A stretch of 64,000 nucleotides of DNA from Macrostomum hystrix. Lineage: Eukaryota > Animalia > Platyhelminthes. Positions within the stretch are counted from its first letter, which is position 1. Each line of letters opens with the position of its first letter. A program made the translations under genes and the position numbers. Below the pieces are notes generated by a model. That model saw only the letters and a list, made by a program, of their open reading frames with translations, made no database searches and had not been told where the DNA came from. This document shows, piece by piece, positions 60,401 through 64,000 of the stretch. The stretch spans positions 682,001-746,000 of the forward strand of contig CATNEN010000024.1 in the NCBI GenBank assembly GCA_950097015.1, read 5' to 3'.

Positions 60401-62928
60401 TTCAGGAGTCTATGACCAGGGCTACTCGGCCTGAGCATCAGATACAGCCCCGCAAAGTCCTGGATCCAGCCGCATACCTCTCACAGAGCTTTCTCCCGTG
60501 TCTCATCTCTGCCTTGTCTCATCTCTCCCGTGTCTCATCTCTCCCGTGTCTCATCTCTGCCTTGTCTCATCTCTCCCGTGTCTTATCTCTCCCGTGTCTC
60601 ATCTCTCCCGTGTCTCATCTCTGCCTTGTCTCATCTCTCCCGTGTCTCATCTCTCCCGTGTCTCATCTCTGCCTTGTCTCATCTCTCCCGTGTCTCATCT
60701 CTCCCGTGTCTCATCTCTGCCTTGTCTCATCTCTCCCTTGTCTCATCTCTGCCTTGTCTCATCTCTGCCTTGTCTCATCTCTCCCTTGTCTCATCTCTGC
60801 CTTGTCTCATCTCTGCCTTGTCTCATCTCTCCCTTGTCTCATCTCTCCCGTGTCTCATCTCTCCCGTGTCTCATCTCTGCCTTGTCTCATCTCTGCCTTG
60901 TCTCATCTCTGCCTTGTCTCATCTCTGCCTTGTCTCATCTCTCCCATGTCTCATCTCTGCCTTGTCTCATCTCTGCCTTGTCTCATCTCTCCCTTGTCTC
61001 ATCTCTCCCGTGTCTCATCTCTCCCGTGTCTCATCTCTCCCTTGTCTCATCTCTGCCTTGTCTCATCTCTGCCTTGTCTCATCTCTCCCTTGTCTCATCT
61101 CTCCCGTGTCTCATCTCTCCCGTGTCTCATCTCTCCCTTGTCTCATCTCTGCCTTGTCTCATCTCTGCCTTGTCTCATCTCTCCCGTGTCTCATCTCTCC
61201 CGTGTCTCATCTCTGCCTTGTCTCATCTCTCCCTTGTCTCATCTCTCCCGTGTCTCATCTCTCCCGTGTCTCATCTCTCCCTTGTCTCATCTCTGCCTTG
61301 TCTCATCTCTCCCTTGTCTCATCTCTCCCGTGTCTCATCTCTCCCGTGTCTCATCTCTCCCTTGTCTCATCTCTGCCTTGTCTCATCTCTCCCTTGTCTC
61401 ATCTCTCCCGTGTCTCATCTCTGCCTTGTCTCATCTCTCCCTTGTCTCATCTCTCCCGTGTCTCATCTCTCCCGTGTCTCATCTCTCCCGTGTCTCATCT
61501 CTCCCGTGTCTCATCTCTCCCGTGTCTCATCTCTCCCGTGTCTCATCTCTCCCTTGTCTCATCTCTCCCGTGTCTCATCTCTCCCGTGTCTCATCTCTGC
61601 CTTGTCTCATCTCTCCCTTGTCTCATCTCTGCCTTGTCTCATCTCTCCCGTGTCTCATCTCTCCCGTGTCTCATTTCTCCCGTGTCTCATCTCTCCCGTG
61701 TCTCATCTCTCCCTTGTCTCATCTCTCCCTTGTCTCATCTCTCCCTTGTCTCATCTCTCCCCTGTCTCATCTCTCCCCTGTCTCATCTCTCCCGTGTCTC
61801 ATCTCTCCCTTGTCTCATCTCTCCCCTGTCTCATCTCTCCCGTGTCTCATCTCTCCCGTGTCTCATCTCTCCCGTGTCTCATCTCTCCCCTGTCTCATCT
61901 CTCCCGTGTCTCATCTCTCCCGTGTCTCATCTCTCCCTTGTCTCATCTCTCCCGTGTCTCATCTCTCCCTTGTCTCATCTCTCCCCTGTCTCATCTCTCC
62001 CCTGTCTCATCTCTCCCGTGTCTCATCTCTCCCTTGTCTCATCTCTCCCCTGTCTCATCTCTCCCGTGTCTCATCTCTCCCCTGTCTCATCTCTCCCGTG
62101 TCTCATCTCTCCCTTGTCTCATCTCTCCCTTGTCTCATCTCTCCCTTGTCTCATCTCTCCCGTGTCTCATCTCTCCCGTGTCTCATCTCTCCCGTCTCTC
62201 ATCTCTCCGCTGTTTTATCTCTCCCGTGTCTCATCTCTCCCCTGTCTCATCTCTCCCGTGTCTCATCTCTCCCGTGTTTCATCTCTCCCGTGTCTCATCT
62301 GTCCCCTGTCTCATCTCTCCCGTGTCTCATCTCTCCCGTGTCTCATCTCTCCCGTGTCTCATCTCTCCGCTGTTTTATCTCTCCCGTGTCTCATCTCTCC
62401 CCTGTCTCATCTCTCCCGTGTCTCATCTCTCCCGTGTCTCATCTCTCCCGTGTCTCATCTCTCCCGTGTCTCATCTCTCCCGTGTCTCATCTCTCCTATG
62501 TCTCATGTCTCATACCTCTACTGCCTCATCTCTTATCTCTACTGTCTTATCTCCACTGTATCATCTCATGTCTTAACTCTAATTCTCATCTCTCCCGTGT
62601 CTCAACTTTTCCCTGTCTCTAATTCATCTCCGCTGTTTCTCATCCCGATGTGGTCTCTTGTATTCTTGTATATTCTTATAAGTGTGTCTAAGCAGGGCAG
62701 TGAGAATGAGCTATCAGACTCAGAACCCAATCGGAATTTCTACTCGAGGGTCGACAAATTAGAACAGAATCCATCTTATCTTGCAGCTGTAATTCGATAA
62801 TGAACAGGCAATGAAAGCTTACTCCAGTTGCGTCTTAGGCAGCCGGTCAATCTCGCACTGAAAGACCACCGTGTCATTAACAGACGCCTCCTTGTCCTGC
62901 GGCTGCTGACTGAACTCTGCGCTGACGT
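13532..62928 (-). CDS. DCC: DCC/neogenin/Frazzled/UNC-40 netrin receptor, 5'-partial. Exons 62823-62928, 51870-52244, 47565-47791, 43881-44081, 36762-36954, 28123-28271, 27156-27267, 21090-21631, 20024-20260, 18909-19001, 16467-17096, 15909-15965, 15092-15802, 14520-14857, 13532-13621 (about 1350 aa in the window).
   Basis: All 14 junctions are GT-AG with matching phase. Architecture is 3 Ig (first Ig and signal peptide presumably upstream) + 6 FN3 + TM ([26 protein letters not shown]) + P1-like 'TPDLC' + P3 '[19 protein letters not shown]', which matches the Frazzled-type ending LEGLMKDLSAITANEFEC. The symbol denotes the family; DCC and neogenin cannot be distinguished. Confidence 0.92.
13679..14462. 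repeat. Minisatellite, 20-bp unit (GGGGATCACTGGATGCTATT)
   Basis: About 39 units filling the last DCC intron. Confidence 0.95.
14520..14857 (-). CDS. DCC: DCC-like cytoplasmic exon (Ser/Gly-rich)
   Basis: ttccag|GA; donor AGT|GTAAGT; phase 1 to 0. Confidence 0.82.
14938..14990 (-). mobile_element. SINE head fragment related to the 4030-4165 element
   Basis: AGGTCAGGAGTTCGAATCTCAGTCCA versus AGGTCAGGCGTTCGAATCCCAGCCCA at 4050. Confidence 0.45.
15092..15802 (-). CDS. DCC: DCC-like exon: transmembrane helix + cytoplasmic P1 region
   Basis: ctctag|CC; hydrophobic helix; donor G|GTGAGT at 15091. Confidence 0.88.
15909..15965 (-). CDS. DCC: DCC-like 57-nt juxtamembrane exon
   Basis: acgcag|TC...T|GTAAGT; phase 1-1. 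Confidence 0.7.
16175..16330. repeat. Short minisatellite, about 20-21-bp unit (GCCACCTCACTCCGCCAGCA)
   Basis: About 7 units. Confidence 0.8.
16467..17096 (-). CDS. DCC: DCC-like exon: FN3-5 and FN3-6
   Basis: ttccag|AC; encodes [13 protein letters not shown] and [15 protein letters not shown]; donor G|GTGAGC. Confidence 0.92.
17255..17600. repeat. Two short degenerate tandem arrays (about 33-36-bp units; TCTGGCACTCTTCCCATTGCAATC… and CTGTCACACTCGCACTGGCACTCTCCC…)
   Basis: Direct inspection. Confidence 0.7.
17904..17915 (-). CDS. DCC: Candidate 12-nt microexon in the FN4-FN5 linker (adds RGDT)
   Basis: CTGAC branch-like site, AG-free pyrimidine tract, tttcag|GCGGAGATACGT|GTAAGT; phase 1-1, frame preserving. 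Confidence 0.55.
18165..18620. repeat. Minisatellite, 22-bp unit (GTCAACCTGTTAGACATTTGAT)
   Basis: About 20 units. Confidence 0.93.
18909..19001 (-). CDS. DCC: DCC-like exon: FN3-4 C-part ([16 protein letters not shown])
   Basis: ttccag|TG; donor C|GTGAGT; completes the FN3 E-F-G strands. Confidence 0.85.
20024..20260 (-). CDS. DCC: DCC-like exon: FN3-4 N-part
   Basis: tgccag|GA; encodes ILLSWSRP...YAIYYG; donor G|GTGAGC. Confidence 0.88.
20325..21058. repeat. Minisatellite, 22-23-bp unit (GAGTCTAACAGGCAGCACACCCT) with polar variant blocks
   Basis: About 32 units filling an intron. Confidence 0.95.
21090..21631 (-). CDS. DCC: DCC-like exon: FN3-2 C-half + FN3-3
   Basis: tcccag|G; encodes [22 protein letters not shown]...[15 protein letters not shown]; donor A|GTGAGC. 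Confidence 0.9.
21680..21860. repeat. Minisatellite, 20-bp unit (CGGAATCGGACGAAGCTCAA)
   Basis: About 9 units. Confidence 0.9.
22572..27098. repeat. 4.5-kb purine-rich satellite, 10-bp unit (GAGAGATGGA / GAGAGATGGG)
   Basis: About 450 units with an approximately 2.05-kb higher-order duplication. Confidence 0.98.
27156..27267 (-). CDS. DCC: DCC-like exon: FN3-2 N-half
   Basis: tgacag|CC; encodes [14 protein letters not shown]; donor AT|GTGAGT. Confidence 0.85.
27490..28105. repeat. Minisatellite, 19-bp unit (CCACCCATTACAACTCAAG)
   Basis: About 32 near-identical units. Confidence 0.96.
28123..28271 (-). CDS. DCC: DCC-like exon: FN3-1 C-half
   Basis: tgacag|G; encodes [14 protein letters not shown]; donor G|GTGCG. 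Confidence 0.85.
28705..28900. repeat. Purine-rich minisatellite, about 19-20-bp unit (GGGCAGAGAGAGTAG…)
   Basis: About 10 units. Confidence 0.85.
29480..30000. repeat. Minisatellite, 32-bp unit (GATAAGGACACCAGTAGATAAGGAGACTGAAT)
   Basis: About 16 units. Confidence 0.94.
30340..32570. repeat. Minisatellite, 21-bp unit (GAGAGAGATGAGAATCGTGAT / …ACCGAGTT)
   Basis: About 105 units. Confidence 0.96.
33265..34282. repeat. Minisatellite, 24-bp unit (CAGAATCTGCCACCTGAACTGCCT)
   Basis: About 42 units; 384-bp higher-order duplication. Confidence 0.96.
35190..36465 (-). mobile_element. Full-length mariner (Tc1/mariner DD34D) DNA transposon, 1276 bp
   Basis: Perfect 29-bp TIRs TAAGGGTGAGCCAAAAGTTTCCGGAATTT (35190-35218 and 36437-36465); TA target duplication at 35188-35189 and 36466-36467. 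Confidence 0.97.
35262..36284 (-). CDS. Mariner transposase, 340 aa, uninterrupted
   Basis: N-terminal HTH (TVYEWFARF...DKPRSGRP), LVPHEL (WVPHEL motif), catalytic QDEKW, FDNARPH and [10 protein letters not shown], with 34 residues between the last two Asp. Confidence 0.95.
   Translation of the reverse strand: MDMPKNEWRAILLNHFHAGRNAAEAHRELSSLMGHHAPSKSTVYEWFARFVEEDWNLCDKPRSGRPPTADQGAVLHALEDNPEYSVRKLSATTGVPYSTVRRSLHDAGKVPKKPTLVPHELTPQQMGTRVEMATSNLLQAHSPYFLKSIIAQDEKWVSYENPIASAVWVNADEEPPICSRRDPHCGKELLSFWFCSSGPIFWELIPHGVAVTAAVICEELEQVAHRLRSVCPGHRDKVLLFDNARPHKARITQAKLASLGFSVLPHPPYSPDLSPCDYHVFRSLQNFCDGRRFANKQHVELAVQEWIDSRPRSFWMEGIEALPMRWERVKVLNGNYVTSF
36762..36954 (-). CDS. DCC: DCC-like exon: FN3-1 N-half
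   Basis: tcacag|AA; encodes [25 protein letters not shown]; donor AG|GTGGG. Confidence 0.85.
36968..39415. repeat. Minisatellite, 30-bp unit (ACTGAACAGAATGGAAGGATAACTGCGGATATCT-like)
   Basis: About 80 units; 510-bp higher-order duplication. Confidence 0.96.
40168..40435 (+). mobile_element. tRNA-derived SINE-like element
   Basis: A-box-like TGGTGGAAGAG at about 40180, B box GGTTCGATTCC at 40218-40228, then TGTGTCCCTTGGCAAGACAATTAAC (CORE/V-SINE-like) and GGTACCAGC. Confidence 0.55.
40640..41450. repeat. ~19-bp minisatellite (TTATAGGTAGATTGGTAGT), reverse complement of the 34840-36740 family
   Basis: The unit is the exact reverse complement. Confidence 0.93.
41985..42820. repeat. Satellite, 11-bp unit (AGAATCACACT)
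   Basis: About 75 units. Confidence 0.95.
43560..43855. repeat. Purine-rich minisatellite, 32-bp unit (AAATAGTAGGGAAGCAATAGGAGAGGGGGGAG)
   Basis: About 9 identical units. Confidence 0.93.
43881..44081 (-). CDS. DCC: DCC-like exon: last Ig ([13 protein letters not shown]...DSGLYQC)
   Basis: acgcag|GC; donor G|GTGAGT. Confidence 0.9.
44105..44525. repeat. Minisatellite, 21-bp unit (CACCTCCCAGTTCCTCAGTCA)
   Basis: About 20 units. Confidence 0.95.
44530..46040. repeat. Homogeneous minisatellite, 33-bp unit (CCAGTTCATTAATAGCCAGTCCATATCACACCT)
   Basis: About 45 near-identical units. Confidence 0.97.
47055..47550. repeat. Satellite, 11-bp unit (GAGTGAACAGA)
   Basis: About 45 units. Confidence 0.94.
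47565..47791 (-). CDS. DCC: DCC-like exon: Ig (DSGGYVC) + next Ig start
   Basis: cgccag|C; donor G|GTTAG. Confidence 0.88.
47955..48600. repeat. Purine-rich minisatellite, about 21-22-bp unit (GGATGAGATAAACAGGAGA…)
   Basis: About 29 units. Confidence 0.92.
49088..49332. mobile_element. MITE-like / fold-back element with 48-bp inverted repeats
   Basis: 49088-49135 versus the reverse complement of 49285-49332 match at 44/48, with weaker similarity for about 20 bp further out; no ORF; TSD not identified. Confidence 0.55.
49875..50600. repeat. Minisatellite, 18-19-bp unit (CATTCCCCTCAGCTACA…)
   Basis: About 38 units. Confidence 0.93.
51150..51740. repeat. Minisatellite, 23-bp unit (TTACAGACTATAGTAAACCTGTA)
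   Basis: About 24 units. Confidence 0.94.
51870..52244 (-). CDS. DCC: DCC-like exon: Ig C-half + next Ig N-half
   Basis: aaccag|A TGG; contains YGLYSC and LTLVC...IDWLRG; donor GG|GTGAG. Confidence 0.88.
52320..53030. repeat. Degenerate minisatellite, about 20-bp unit (ACAGGTAAATTCAGAATCG…)
   Basis: About 35 units. Confidence 0.9.
53470..56775. repeat. 3.3-kb satellite, 16-bp unit (TCTGTCTCTGATTCTA)
   Basis: About 205 units; 1266-bp higher-order duplication. Confidence 0.97.
57437..57986. repeat. Interrupted (CTG/CAG)n trinucleotide tract, about 180 triplets
   Basis: CTG with CTA/TTA/TTG/CCG variants. Confidence 0.95.
59030..59770. repeat. Minisatellite, 16-bp unit (GGATATTTAGGTGAAT)
   Basis: About 46 units. 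Confidence 0.93.
60495..62560. repeat. Pyrimidine-rich satellite, 16-bp unit (TCTCATCTCTCCCGTG / …GCCTTG)
   Basis: About 128 units. Confidence 0.97.
62823..62928 (-). CDS. DCC: DCC-like exon: N-half of an Ig domain ([36 protein letters not shown])
   Basis: Acceptor tctag|, donor GA|GTAAGC; the phase 2 join to 52244 restores the conserved C...W. Too short for the ORF track. Confidence 0.7.
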
Positions 62929-63419
62929 CTAGACCCGTGTTCGATGATCGCACATGAAGAAAGTGGTGGGTCGGAGGTTGGGGTTGGTGTTAAGTTGTGA
63001 TAGACTTCCGTCAGTGTGAAGTGGTCGAATTGCCAGCCTCCGCAATATTATCTTATCCTCCACTCGCGCATACCGTATTCTACCCGTTACTCATCAATCA
63101 AGAGTTTTGTGTTGTGAGCATGACTCATACACCCACACACACCCACACACACACCCACACACACTGTCTCAAAGTTTCAGCTGAGTAGTGCCTTCCTGTT
63201 CTGATTTTCTGCATAGCTGCCCGCCGCCGCCTGACCTCAGCCGACGCCGAAACGAAGCGACTCAATTGGCAGCTAGTCAATCAATTTGTCAGGACGCCTG
63301 CTTTGCAACATTGACACTGCATGGTTTCCGATGTATGGGCAGCGCTATTCAAAGTAAATGCTAAACCTCAGCTTTACTTGCTGCTAGGTGCCCTTAATGA
63401 AATCCCTAAATTTTCAGAT

Positions 63420-64000
63420 TAAAAATCCCAAGATTTTCAGACTAGAAATCCTAAGATTTTTTTGGTTAGAAATCCCAAGATTTTCAGGCTAGAAATCCCA
63501 AGATTTTCAGGCTAGAAATCCCATGATTTCCAGGCTAGAAATCACAAGATTTTCAGACTAGAAATCCCAAGATTCTCAGGCTAGAAATCCCAAGATTTTC
63601 AGATTAGAAATCCCATGATTTCCAGGCTAGAAATCCCAAGATTTTCAGACTAGAAATCCCAAGATTCTCAGGCTAGAAATCCCAAGATTTTCAGACTAGA
63701 AATCCCAAGATTCTCAGGCTAGAAATCCCAAGATTTTCAGGCTAGAAATCCCATGATTTCCAGGCTAGAAATACCAAGATTTTCAGGCTAGAAATCCCAA
63801 GATTTTCAGGCTAGAAATCCCAAGATTTTCAGGCTAGAAATCCCATGATTTCCAGGCTAGAAATCACAAGATTTTCATGCTAGAAATCCCAAGATTTTTT
63901 TGGCGAGAAATCCCAAGATTTTCAGGCTAGAAATCCCAAGATTTTCAGGCTAGAAATCCCAAGATTTTCAGGCTAGAAATCCCATGATTTTCAGGCTAGA
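63420..64000. repeat. Minisatellite, 23-bp unit (GATTTTCAGGCTAGAAATCCCAA), running off the window end
   Basis: About 25 units. Confidence 0.94.

Noticed and set aside
60412-62800. Three ORFs of about 700-750 aa
   Set aside because: All three frames of a 16-bp satellite
63160-63300. Possible upstream Ig G-strand exon ('CQLSRFVSASAEVR')
   Set aside because: No convincing phase-1 donor; cannot be linked to 62928
700-64000. CRISPR-like appearance of 20-37-bp repeats
   Set aside because: The repeats are directly tandem without unique spacers, there are no cas genes, and the context is eukaryotic intron

Overview
Eukaryotic (metazoan, invertebrate-like) genomic DNA. GC-rich spliced exons are embedded in introns, and about half of the window is filled by roughly 36 mostly unrelated tandem-repeat arrays (10-51 bp units plus a CTG tract). 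This style is reminiscent of the flatworm Macrostomum, but the species is inference only. I reconstructed three genes by hand from splice signals and phase continuity. (1) A + strand gene (486?/3050-6728) encoding three Egalitarian-type winged-helix/LOTUS-like domains, an OB/cold-shock-like domain and a C-terminal TQT motif. (2) FBXL16 on the + strand (10271-12801), with a GC-AG first intron. (3) A large - strand DCC/neogenin/Frazzled netrin receptor (13532-62928, 5' end beyond the window): 15 exons, 3 Ig + 6 FN3 + TM + P1/P3 tail ending in Frazzled-like '[18 protein letters not shown]'. An apparently intact 1276-bp DD34D mariner sits in a DCC intron. There are also tRNA-derived SINE-like copies and a MITE-like hairpin. 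Most long ORFs in the supplied track are repeat artefacts. The most interesting signals are: a candidate 12-nt microexon that would put an RGD motif in the DCC FN4-FN5 linker; a possible intronic-polyA DCC isoform lacking P3; the exonuclease-less Egalitarian-like protein; AP-1-site-bearing minisatellites; and complementary satellites flanking one DCC exon.
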